Positions 24,011 through 35,789 of a DNA stretch of 64,000 nucleotides are shown here, in pieces. The stretch lies in NCBI GenBank assembly GCA_013239625.1, contig MU054323.1, positions 18,432,819 through 18,496,818 on the forward strand. Direction: 5' to 3'. The position numbers and the translations under genes are program-made. The DNA comes from Lama guanicoe (lineage: Eukaryota). The notes beneath the pieces were generated by a model, which was given only the letters and a program-made list of their open reading frames with translations, searched no databases and had not been told where the DNA came from. The stretch's first letter is position 1; each line of letters starts with the position of its first letter.

Positions 24011-26357
24011 AAGGATACCGAATGTAGATAAACCGCCAAGTACAGAACCATGCATAGAACTGGGACTTAAACACAGTATTTGCTGTCGCTGTCATCGCCT
24101 TCGTATTATCTAAGTCACAGTCTGTACAGTTGCAGGTTTTCTATTTTTAATTCAAGTGTCACATAATACACTTTTATATATATTCAGCTTTTTCCAGAAA
24201 AAATTTTGAAGAATTATTCTGTTATTCAGTGCCAACTTAATAAACATCCAATGTCTTCATCAAGACACTGATTCAAATATTGGCCAGATGAAGAGAGGGC
24301 AACCTTATCCTCCAGCATCCCACTATTCCCTCAACTATTACGTCTCACACCACTTCTCTAGTTAGTTGGCTGGTCTGTGGTACCTGGGATTAGCTGATGG
24401 CTTTCCAGACATATAGCCTGCTTTCCTGGCACTTCACGTAAGATTCAAGCTATGGACAACCCTAAACAAATCCATATCAAACTGCAATTTGATGTTAAAA
24501 AGGAAGAAGAATGGAATCTGCCCAAGCTCGGGAATTTATTAAATAATAAGAAAATCACTAGCAGCTGAGCAATGTCAAGTCTCTTTAAACTCTTAACATT
24601 TCCTCTTTGAATCACTTTGATGTGCATCTCATTGTTAAGAAGAGTGAGGAATGGCTTGATCTTACATGGATCATGTAACATAGTAGATCCTACTTAAAAG
24701 GGACATTTTCTTCCATTTTCACTATTTTTTAAACTTGATCTTTTAAGAGTCTCCTCAAAAGAGCATCTGATGAAATGAAAATGCATTAAAATCAGATGTG
24801 GCTGACCTCTTCACTCCCTGTGCCCTCGGAACATTCTATCAGTCACAGCCCGCAACAAAACTAGCCAATTTGGCTGTTAGTCATCAACATCTTTTATTCC
24901 TTCATCCTTACAGCCAGCCCCCATGGACTTCCCACTTCCCACTCTAATCATGCAGCGGGAGGGAATGCAAGTGAGAAAGAGGCATGCAAACCAAAGGTGA
25001 AAGCCTGTAAAATTCCTGGTTTGACAGTCGGAAACCCTGTGTTACATTTGTCTCCAATTATTTTTTCAAGGTCATACACCTACTTACGGTTCCACTGTCT
25101 CAATTTCCTCACTACAAATTAAAAGGGAGATGAAACTTGTTTATTTACCAAAGTCCCAGTTACATCTCTTTCTGTCATAGAAATCCAACAGATGGATTTT
25201 CCCCTTGTCAAATAATTACTTTAACATTGCAGAGAAAACATCTGTGAAGGCAGGTAATTGATTTTTCTGATATTCTGGTGGATGGTTCAAACAAGCCAAT
25301 GATCTAAGATGTTCATGACCAGTATGACCACTGACATCAGTTCTGAGATTCTGTTCATTGGAAAGGATGGAGAGAGAGCCCCTCGTGTGACATCCTCAGG
25401 CAGGCAGTGATCTGAAAACAGACCAGAAGGCTCTCACTAAGGAGTGAGGTCTATGGGCTGTTACCTTCCAAATTATGAATCACCTGAGATACCGGTACGC
25501 CAAGTGTTTCCTACTCATTTTTCATCAATTCACAGGCATTTATTAGGCTTCTACTCTCTGATGCAACTGAGTAATCGTGTCACTCATTTGTCATCTTAGG
25601 ATCTGTGGCTGAATCGCTGTGATAATGGAAAGGCTCATGCATGACGCCTGCCACTAGAGTTGATATGACATTTATTCACAGAATTCTTATGTTCTTAAGC
25701 AGGAAATCAGTTTCCTTGACCCTTCCTCCTCCTGTTACACTTCACTAAATGAGCGAAGGAAACGATTGCATTGGTAATGACTTCAGAAGGCTTCTCTGTG
25801 GCTTTGCATTATATAAGAGTAGGGTTTCCAGGACACCCCTTCGTTTATCAGCTAAGCTTGTCGAATGAGAGAACTATTTGATTTATTTTTTTAATTTTAA
25901 GGAACTATCCCAGAGTAGGTATAAGCAATCCATAAACGTTTGTTGAAGGAAAAGGAATCCATAATTTGCACGTTTAATATCTTCACAAGCTGCCATTAAG
26001 CCAAGTATGAACGTTATTGATTTAATCAATTTAGTGTGAAATATAACAATGATCATTGTATACATGCCACTTATAGAAGTGTCTTTCATGTATTATGGAT
26101 TGGGTAATATATATAATTATTATACTTAATAAGTAAATTAATTATTAATAATAAATTAATAAATATTATATATATATTTAGTCCTTAGAACAACCATTTA
26201 TGCCTTTATGGTAGATTCTAATCCATATTTAAAGATAAACAAATTAAGACATTTATCATTGTTCAAGAAGGAAGAGTCCCATTCCATTCCATTGCTACTA
26301 CAATTTTAGTCCAAGAGCTTTTATAATTAAAAATTCATTTGATTAATAAACACTAAA

Positions 26358-26740
26358 ATGGTATTTTTTTCCTCCATATGATATCACTCATATGTGGAAT
26401 ATAAAAAAAGAAAAAAGAAGACACTAATGAACTCATCTACAAAACGGAAACAGACTTGCAGACATAATAAACAATCTTACAGTTACAGGGAGGAAAGAGG
26501 GTAGGAAGGGATGAATTTGGGAGTTCGAGATTTGCAAATATTAACTAGTATACACAAAAATAGATAAAAAACCAAATTTCTTCTGTATAGCACAGGGAAC
26601 TATATTCAATATCTTATAATAACCTTTAATGAAAAAGAATATTAAAACAAATATAAGTAATTATATATATGGCTGGGACATTATGCTGTACACAAGAAAT
26701 CGATACATTGTAACTGACTATACTTCAATTTAAAAAAATA
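26358..26740 (+). mobile_element. L1 3'UTR with a short 5' inversion
   Basis: CCATATGATATCACTCATATGTGGAAT...TAACTGACTATACTTCAATTTAAAAAAA; TSD 26345-26360 / 26737-26752 (13/16). Confidence 0.92.
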
Positions 26741-27697
26741 ACAATTAAAATGAACTAATGATAGATTCAGAGGTTTTTGACATAAGGGAAGACTATTTGC
26801 TGAAATATCCTTAATTCTTTGTAAAGCAATATCACATAGACAACTCTAATGCTTTCTTTTTCAAGAGCTCCCAGTGTCTTTATTACAAAATACAAAGCTG
26901 ATGATCATTTTTCTTGAAAACCTATAAAGATTGACATCCATAGCATAGTATCTACTTGACAAATAATCAGCCTAATTTTATCAGTATTTCTTTTTCAGGA
27001 TGTGGAATACAAACAGGAGAAACTTGAGACTTTAATAGACTCACATAAGAAACTGCTGCCCCCCAAAAGCTCAAATAGAATTGCCAGTTATTTCTTCAGT
27101 TATTTGAGTCTCAAATTATTTCTTTTCCTGTTTTTTTTTAAGATCAATTTCCTTAACTAAAAATAACTGAATGATTAATCTATTTGACATAAAACAAATC
27201 TGGATTTCTGGCTTACTTGCCTGTCATAATCTTCTTTTAAAAATCCTCAAATTGAAATTGGATTAACACCCATTCCACAAATATTTGTTAAGGCAAAATT
27301 CAAGTACCAAGAAGCAGCATAATGTAAAATTAACAGAGTGGCATTATAAGAGACTATATGACCAAAATATCTGCAAGTTGATGTTTATCTGCCCCTTACC
27401 CAGCTTTTGGAGGAGAAAACACAACAAAGATAAACTCTCCTACTCAAGCAACTTCCAGGAATGTTTAACTAAACTTTAAATGTATGGCAGGGATTGAGAA
27501 ATACTACAAAATGTTTAAGTGATCTGAAATAGTATCGGAAAGATAGACCTCTTATTAGGTGCTTATTTTGCTTTCGAATGGGCATGAGAAAATTAGGAGA
27601 GGTGATTCTAGTTTCATGAGTTTAATTTTTTAAAAGATTTATTAGAATAAAAAGAAGCCTGTAAAAATAGTTTGCTCATTTCCATGCAAACTATAAA

Positions 27698-27819
27698 TAG
27701 AGTTACCATACGGTTTATGTTCCAAACTGGGGCACAGTGAGAAGAAGGAGCACTATTAATGATTACAATATGTGTAAACCAAGATTGTCTTATGCACACT
27801 GAGACATGTAGTCACCCTA
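27698..27819 (+). mobile_element. MER94-like hAT-Blackjack MITE
   Basis: TIRs TAGAGTTACCATA / TGTAGTCACCCTA; internal TCCAAACTGGGGCAC and GCACTATTAATGATTAC; 8-bp TSD ACTATAAA/GTTATAAA. Confidence 0.8.
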
Positions 27820-28259
27820 GTTATAAATAAACATATATATACATATATATATATAAAAAGAGATGGAGATATCCTAAACAGAAATCTGCAGGATGGAACT
27901 ATGATGAGCTTAAAAGAATTGGTAAAGAGCTTTTAGCTTTTAAACAGACTCTAGATTGAAAGTAAAGAGGTGGTATGAATTGATACTGTGCGTGAGAAGG
28001 AAGAAAGGACTTACATCTGGGGGAAACGTTCAGAAAAACCAAGGAATGGGAGCTGCATCTGGTTTTGAACAGACAAGGATAAAAAGGGGTCAAAGTTAAG
28101 ATGAGGCTATTTCAGGGGCACTTCCTGAACCTACAAGCAGGATTATTTAAATTTCCATTGTACACTTAAACAGGATCAGACCGTCAATATATATATATAT
28201 TATTTTCTAACTATGGAGAAGTGTTCTTTCCTTTTGTTGTCACTGTCAGGGGAAACGTT

Positions 28260-29000
28260 TTGTTCTAAATATGACTCAAAGTGAAGTAGCTCATCGGTTT
28301 ATTAAGAACACAGGGTCTCAGTCGCACATGGTAGCCGTTCCGTTCACCCACTGCGGAGAATTAGTTACTAGATAGTCTCTCTCCCGCCCTCCTTCCTTCC
28401 TTCTTTCTTTCCTCTCCGCCTGCCGCCCTCGCCGTGCTCTTTCTTTTAAACAGAAACAGAAACGTCTCAAGCCCGAAGTTTATCAGGAACACACGACCCT
28501 GGGTTATTCACAAAGGCAGGGTGTGGCCAAGCTCGCGGTTTGACTGGCCGTGTCCGAGCCCCGTGCATCCTCCGACGGCGCAGTTGTTCTCAGGCGACGG
28601 CGCGGACGCTGCCACACCTCCCGCTCCGCGAGGGCCGGACGGCTACGCAGGAGACGGGGAACATGCGGCCCTGAGTCTGTCCCAGGATTTTCAGTCCTTG
28701 CTTGTTTCCTTCCTGTGACTCCCTGCAGAGCCTGACAGTGTGCTCAGCACACGCTCCTGCTCGACTTCAACACCCTTGGTTTATTCCCAGGAAATCCCCG
28801 CCACATCCCCTCCCACTCTCTCCTCAGTAAATAACGTATTTATTTAAAGGCCTGCTTTCACCCCCCCACCCACGCCCCCAAACCCTGCAGAGAATAACTG
28901 CAATGGATTCTTTTATAGAGAAAATAACTCACATTTTCTCTTTTATGACTAGAAAAAAAGCAGACTCTTTTACTTGTGAGGCTCTGGGTTGACGTCAAGA
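28260..29000. promoter_or_regulatory. CpG-rich island: candidate enhancer or unannotated promoter
   Basis: About 29 CpGs counted in 28381-28680 against a CpG-depleted background; AP-1 28272, ISRE-like 28453, KLF 28519, ETS 28709, STAT6/NF-kB 28784-28799, CRE 28990. Confidence 0.7.
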
Positions 29001-29682
29001 GATTTGAGGAAAGCACAACTCTGCCCTCTCTGCTAAGTGCAATGAAAAACTTTGATCTCCCTGGAGGGGAGAAAACATTTTTTTTGGAGAGGACTGTCAA
29101 GAGCCTGGAGCCAGGGGGAGTCCTACTCGCTGCTGTGCCCTTTCAGACTAGTCGGGCAGATCCACAATTGGGCAAATGGTATGCCTGCAAAAGGTGTTTT
29201 CCTCTAGAAACCCATTAATCAACTTAGGAGCAACTCAAACCTCTAAGATGGTTGTACCTATTTAATGTTTCATTATTATATGTTATAATCTCTAATATAT
29301 ATTATACTATAAGAATGCCATTTAAAAAAAGAATCTTGGTTCCATGCCTTTCAGATTCAGCCTTGAAACCTGAATAAAGAGGTTTTTTAATTTGATGTCA
29401 GAAAAAATAAGCATCTCTTCATGTTGATATCTCTTTAAGTTTCACTGCCCTTTATAGATTACCTAGAACGAGTGAATAGATAAAATGCACATTAGTGTCC
29501 ATGCTGGGGCACCCTGCTGGGCCTGCTGCACCTCTAGAAATGTGGGCTGCCTTCTTCAATAGCCCAACGGAGAAAGTCTGCCACTCTGAACCATCCAGAG
29601 CCGATTCATATGCAGATAAAATGCACCTTCTGGAAGGAGCTGTCCAGTTTGGGTGGTATTGGAATCAAGAATCATTTGTTCA

Positions 29683-29965
29683 GACTCACAGATAGAAAAC
29701 AAACTTAAGGTTACTAGTGGGGAAAAGGGTGAGGGTGGGGGAAGGGTTAAACTGGGAGTTTGAGATTTACAGATACTAACTACTATATATAAAGTAGATG
29801 AATAAGTGTCTTCTGTACAGCACTGGGAACAATATTCAATATCCTGTAGTAACATATAAGGAAAAAGAATCTGAAAAGGAATATATGTATGTATACGTAT
29901 GACTGAAGCATTATGCTGTACACCAGAAATTGACACAACATTGTAAACTGTACTTTAATTTAAAA
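29683..29965 (+). mobile_element. L1 3'UTR, 5'-truncated, with perfect TSD
   Basis: Same 3'UTR family; 13-bp TSD AATCATTTGTTCA at 29670-29682 and 29966-29978. Confidence 0.93.
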
Positions 29966-30779
29966 AATCATTTGTTCACTTGTTCTGGAATTTTTAGGCA
30001 GGCCTAGGTAGCAGAGAGACTCAGCTCATCCACACCAGTCTTTTTCAAGCTCAGAGCTAAATGGTGCCCCCAGAGGCATCCTATAGTTTCCCGATGAGTC
30101 TACACTCAACTCCCCCTTCCACTGCTGGTTTTCTGTTTACTCCGTTATTTTGTCCTTGTCTTTGCCTGTGATGCTGCACCACCCACTTCTGGTCTAGTAC
30201 CCTCTGTGATCCAAGACCAGTGGGTCTCTTTCTTGCCAAGACCACCTCAGAATATGGATTAGAGGAAAGATCAAAAATAGTCACAGCTTTTGAAAATACA
30301 GAGCTTCTATTTGAAATGCTCCACCGAGCAGCAGGGAAGAGAGAAAAAAGTGAAGAAAAAGAACATCAGAGAGAGGCAGACCCACAGTGAAAAAATTTGT
30401 CTTCTCTGCCCTTGGTCTTTTCTTGTCTCCTCTTATTTCTTTCACAGCCTCCCCTCTTCTTGGATTTTCACACTCTTAACTCTCCTCTCATTTTTTTCTT
30501 TCTCTTTTAACCTTAGAACTGCCAACAGTTAAAGGACAAGATGGCCTCCTTGCCCAAAATTATGAGCTGAAACAAACTGGCGGTATTGTTCAATGGTGAC
30601 GGTCACTATACCATGAACTATATTGATGGATTCCAACAGCCTGGTAATGACATATATTTAAAGATGACACCTTCCATGCTCACTTCACAGTATCAGGTCC
30701 TTCATAGGAAACAAAACATTGTTTTATGTGAGATGACTTATAACAATAATATAATATTAGGGCAGCTTTTATAAAGGAA

Positions 30780-31175
30780 AGAAACCACTTTCAATTCTAC
30801 CTCTCTGTGTTAAAATTTATCATTTTAATCTATTCTCTTCTCATATTTTCCAAAAGTGCATTTTATATACTTGAAACCATAGTGCACAAATTAATTTTGT
30901 GCCATGCTTTAAAAAAATCACATTTCCAAGTTGGTAAATAGTCATCATAATTTTAAAAAACTGTATGATTCCATTGAATGAAATACTTACACAATTCACA
31001 TAAACGTTCTATTATTACAATACTGAACCTTTGAACTCTTTTGACAAGTACGTTTGTACCTATGACATTTTCCCATTTCAGATTATTATTATAGAACATA
31101 ATCCTGGAGGAGGTATTCATGTGTCAAAGGAGGTAACTAACCATTTTATGATACCTAATGCATATTACCAAATTT
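30780..31175 (-). mobile_element. Ancient L1 (L1ME-like) fragment
   Basis: CTGTATGATTCCATTGAATGAA...TAGAACATAATCCTGGAGGAGGTATTCATGTGTCAAAGG...TATTACCAAATT. Confidence 0.5.
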
Positions 31176-31417
31176 CACATCATAGCTTTTCCTAAGAAAA
31201 AAAGCTTCGAGTACCTTCTTTATGCAAAGCATTTTGCTAGATTCTCAGGCAGAAAGGAATGAGTTTAAAATACATTCTTTGTCCTGAAAATCATGCAGTG
31301 CATTTGGGGAAATAAAACATCCCCATGTGAAAAGAGAGCTAACAATATCAACTACAGGGATTCAGAGAAGAAAGAACAGGAATCATCTTCAGCAGCAGTG
31401 GCTGAAGAGTTAGACTT

Positions 31418-31549
31418 TTTTTCTTTTAACTGAAGTACATAGTTGGTTACAATGTGTCGATTACTGGTGTACAGCATGATGTCCCAATCATGCATATGTA
31501 TACATATATTTGTTTTCATATTCTTTTTCATTAAAGGTTATTAAAAGAT
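31418..31549 (-). mobile_element. Very short L1 3' end inserted in an L2 fragment
   Basis: TGAAGTACATAGTTGGTTACAATGTGTCGATTACTGGTGTACAGCA; TSD GAGTTAGACTT (31407-31417) / GAATTAGACTT (31550-31560). Confidence 0.88.
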
Positions 31550-31799
31550 GAATTAGACTTATAATTGAGTCTTAGGATGGTTGTAGGTTTGGACGAGAGT
31601 GGGAGAATATCCAGCTGGTAAATTGTGTGATAAGGAAGGGAATTAGCAATCCAAGGAATTCCTTGTGACTCAGAGTTACAGTGTGAGTAAATTTAACTCA
31701 TGAGCCTGATCCACAGAGAAAGCAGACTCCCCAGGGGTAGTTCCATTACTAGCAATAGTTATTCACCCTTGTCCTTGAAACTTTCTCTTCCCTTGTTAC

Positions 31800-32830
31800 A
31801 TCTGATGTGATTCTCAGAGGTTTACCTGCTCTGCCTCTCACCTGTCCTCTTCTTTCTCTCTTCTAACAACCCCTCTAACTATGGCATTTCTCAAAGTTCT
31901 CTTCCAGCCCTTTTCTTCCTTTATGTTCTTTCCGTCATTAATTTCACTTGATCTGTTGTCTCTAGCCCTTGCTTCGTGTGTTAACTCCCTAAACTCTATT
32001 TCCAGCCTTCAGTTCTTTTGGTCTGACACGTTTCCACCTGCAGATGACAGCATTTGAAAGCCAGCAAGTCCCAAACTAAACTCTTATGTTCTCCAGGTCA
32101 TTTGAAAGCACCACAGTTCAGAAGCACCATCATCTTTGATGTCTCTTTCATCTTCATAGTTCGCATTCAATCAAGTTTCTAAATTTGGTCCCAGCTTCAC
32201 AGTGAATCCCAATTTCCTCCTATTGTAGGTCACTAAAAAATCTCTCACCGAGGATATTGCGAGGATTCCTATCTGATCTGCTTGCCTCTAGCCTCTTCCC
32301 TTCAATCTGGGCCTCTACACCATCACCAGGTACCTTCCTAAAGCTTAGAGTAGATTGTGTCACTTGTCTATCCCAGGACTTCCAATGGCTCTACTCAGCT
32401 GGTAGAGTCAAATCCAGACACATCACTGTATCTCCCCTGGTCCTTTATGACTTGGACCCACTCTACTTCTCTCATTTCATCTCTTCGCACTACACCTATC
32501 TACACACACACACACACACACACACAAAATCACCTTAGACTTTTAAAAATTCACAGAAAACAAACATGACTTTTAACCCAGCTGAACCTCTTCTACTGTA
32601 GTTTCCTTGAAGAATGGAATACTCTCACATGCTCTGGTCTGCTGACAACTAACACAACCTCTAGGCCCAACCAAAAACCTCACCTCCCAAGAGCCTTCCC
32701 AGACCTCCGTCTCCCCAGCTGGAACCCGTGTGTTCTAGCTTCGTCTTTACAGCACAGAGCAGTTAATTTACATTTCTGTCCGCACAACTAGGATGCTCCC
32801 TTTCTAAAGGCCAAGTTAAGAAATTCAATG
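31800..32830 (+). mobile_element. L2 LINE (RT end to 3'UTR), ancient
   Basis: GGCATTTCTCAAAGTTCTCTTCCAGCCCTTTTCTTC resembles the GVPQGSVLGPLLF segment; downstream pyrimidine-rich L2 blocks such as CTTCCAATGGCTC and GGTCCTTTATGACTTGGACCC. Confidence 0.65.
32502..32526. repeat. (AC)12 microsatellite
   Basis: Read directly from the sequence. Confidence 0.95.
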
Positions 32831-34419
32831 AATTCAAAAGTGTTTAAATGTTTTAATCTCACTGGCCAGAGGCTGGGTTTCCTCCTGCTACTTGATAAAT
32901 GGCTACTAGGGGGTGGTCAGGTAAACCTAAAAGCCTTCAGAAAGATGCTCAATAGAATCCTTATCCGACAGGTGTGGGGAGAGGAGGAGGGAGAGAGAGG
33001 AGAAAAGTCTCTGAGAAGTTACGCAAGGGTTTTCTCTCCAATCAGTCCCATGATTTATCTTTAATGACATATGATATATCAAGAACTGTAATCACTTGTC
33101 ATGATGGGTTCTTGAGAAAGAAGGTGGCATTGCAAATTCAAGTTCTTGTCCCTAATTCAAGGCCCCTGCTTAGGGTAAAAGTGAGAGCTTTAAGTTCAGA
33201 AGACCTTCAAGCTGTAAGTGTTTCCCAATCCCTTGCCATTCTATGTGATGCTGAGTGGTGTCCTAGCCCACTGTGGGATGCTCTGGTCCCCAGATAAATC
33301 TGAGGTAGGACAGAAGGAAGAGAGAGGAAGGGAATTTGCAACCAACACTCCAGCTTTATTTATCACTTACCCTGGGAAAGTACTGAGCCAACAAAAAGGG
33401 AAAAAAGAAAGCCAAGTTATTTAAAGAGCAGGACCTAAAACATCAGAAACATAAACTAATGCTTCTAAATAAAAAAGGGTGTGGAGCATGAGTCTTTTTT
33501 TAAGTAGATTTCATATCTTAAGAAAACTGGATTTTAAATGGTATTTTTGAATGGATCATGCAGCCCTGTTTATTAAGACTTAGAGTTATTCCCAAGACCT
33601 ATTTCTGACTTCCTGGGTTCATGACATTAGGTGGCACTGAATTTTTCCATTTCCATAGTGCAGGCAGGTTAATGATAATATCTGCTTTTGCCTGAAGTGA
33701 GACTGGTAAAAGAAACCCATTAAAATGATGAGGATAAACGGTCACGTCTCGTCAAGACCAGTTCTCCCCGTGATTCGTCAGGCTAAATTCCCAGGGAATT
33801 TAGTTTGACCTGTTGAAAAATGACCCATGTTGTTGGGTTAAATGTATGAAGGAATAAAACAACCAGTGAATGATAAAGGCAGTCTCTAAGGCTAACTACA
33901 TTTGCTAAACTAAAATGAAATAGAAATCTAGAAGCTGTAAGAGTGGCACCTGATGCTTTTCCAGAATTAACAAATCAGCCTGTCATTCCAGCCTGGTCTA
34001 TCCATACCAATAATTTACAGCCCCAGGGAGAGAAGATTATCTGTGCACAGAATGCCTCACACTCTTAGTCTGTTGATTTTATTTACAAGGTGAATGCAGA
34101 AATAGTCATCATTTCGTCAATTACTAGTTCAGGAAAGGAAGACATATCAGAACAAATTCACTTTTTGGCCCTGACTAATTGTGATTCAGTAAACTAAGGC
34201 ATTCTGGACAAACAGCAGAACTCACTAATTCAGACTCTAATGAATACATCTGCTAAATAACTATAGGCCTATAACTGTAGAGAAATATATGATCAAATAC
34301 TATCAACTTCTTCACCAATAAGAGCCACATACAAAATAGAATGAATAAAACTGTCTCACGATAGCCCTAAATTATCTCTTTTTCCAAGTGTAATAAAGTG
34401 CTTATCATGTCGTTTGGGG

Positions 34420-34670
34420 CAGTACATGTGCAGGCTAGGAGCCCTAGATCTGTAGGTCCACAGACAAGGGCTCAGATCTTCCCTCTGTCAGAGCACTTAG
34501 CAGCTCTGTGATCTCAGGCGAGTTACTTAACCACTTCACACTTGTTTCCTCTCTCAGAAAATGAGGGTGATGAAATCCATCCTATGGGATTGTAAGAATT
34601 AACTGAGGGGATGTGATGTATCATACTACGTTTAGTGTCTGACACATGATACCTTCTCAAGAAACATGAC
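34420..34670 (+). mobile_element. MIR SINE, near full length
   Basis: TAGCAGCTCTGTGATCTCAGGCGAGTTACTTAACC...TTTCCTCTCTCAGAAAATGAGGGTGATGA. Confidence 0.75.
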
Positions 34671-34755
34671 ATTAGTGAGGCCCCAAAATTGAACAGACTA
34701 GACGGTGCTTCTCACTTCATATTCTAAGGGAAATTCATAGAATAATCTAGTTCAA

Positions 34756-34782
34756 ACACACACACACACACACACACACACA
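34756..34782. repeat. (AC)13 microsatellite
   Basis: Read directly from the sequence. Confidence 0.95.
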
Positions 34783-35358
34783 ATGAAAATACTTGCCCTG
34801 GTGCCCAGCTGTGCTAGATATTTCTTCGATTCACTCCCATGGCCCATTTTGACAAATATACAACCCTACGGCAAAGAACTCCCAGGTGAATCAGAAAAGG
34901 TCCTTTGTATCAGTACAACTTCGTGTGCATTAAGTCCCTTGAATGGAACGGGCTCTGGATATAACCTTATCGATTGTTTTCCTTGACGATGGTTTTTCTA
35001 AATGGAGATTTGCCAGAGGATTTCTGTACTGACTTGGCAATATTTTCTCTAAGCGTGTTATTTCTAAATCTTTTTCTGGCTTTCTGAAGGTCATGGGCCG
35101 GGTCTATGTCATTTCTCTTTGCAGAACCGCAGGCAAGCGGTTGCTTAGGAAATGCTTTTGGAGATGGTGAGGAGCTCTGTTTCTCATTAAGTGGCTTTGA
35201 ACTTTGGCACTGCAAGTCCTGACTCTGGATTTACCCTTCACATTACTGCATAATTCAATTCAAACAGCAAAGTGATTATCCTCTCTCTCCAAGACGTGCA
35301 GGGAGTGTGTTTCCCCGGGTGCCTTCTTCTATATCTTAACGAAGCCAGTCCATTCTAA

Positions 35359-35520
35359 TGTGTTTAATGTGTTTCTCTTTTCTTTTCTTTTCTTTCTTTT
35401 TTTTTTTGAGGGAAGGAGTTAGGTTTGCTGGTTTATTTCTTACTGGAGGTACTGGGGACTGAGCCTGGCCTTGTGCATGCTACACACATATTCTACCACT
35501 GAGCTATACCCTCCTCTGAG
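35359..35520 (-). mobile_element. tRNA-Ala-derived camelid SINE
   Basis: Antisense head TCTACCACTGAGCTATACCCTCC and T-rich tail; perfect 15-bp TSD GCCAGTCCATTCTAA at 35344-35358 and 35521-35535. Confidence 0.93.
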
Positions 35521-35789
35521 GCCAGTCCATTCTAACAAAAGGATTCTACTATTCCCTACATTCCTCGTTCTGACCCTTCTCTTAACTTGATGTTTCAGCA
35601 TTTTGTGGTGACACTGGTGGGGGGAGGGGGGACAGTGAGTCAAAAATGGGTTAGGAATGTCCTCTCTGCCCGGCTGCAGGAAAGAAGACCAGAGCTGGCT
35701 TAAATCCAAAGGTCAAATCTATACAGGCTTTCTTATGGGAAAGGAATGCCAAACCTGTTTCAAAGTCTTTTGAAGTGAGTTTATAACCC

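Larger units (their letters stand above)
22620..24420 (-). mobile_element. L3/CR1 LINE remnant fragmented by L1, MIR and SINE insertions
   Basis: CR1-like antisense blocks: GGCACAGAGAACTGAACACAGTATTCCTGATG (~23350) and TGTCTTCATCAAGACACTGATTCAAATATTG (~24255). Confidence 0.55.

Noticed and set aside
29556..29936. 126-aa minus-strand ORF
   Set aside because: Antisense reading of an L1 3'UTR.
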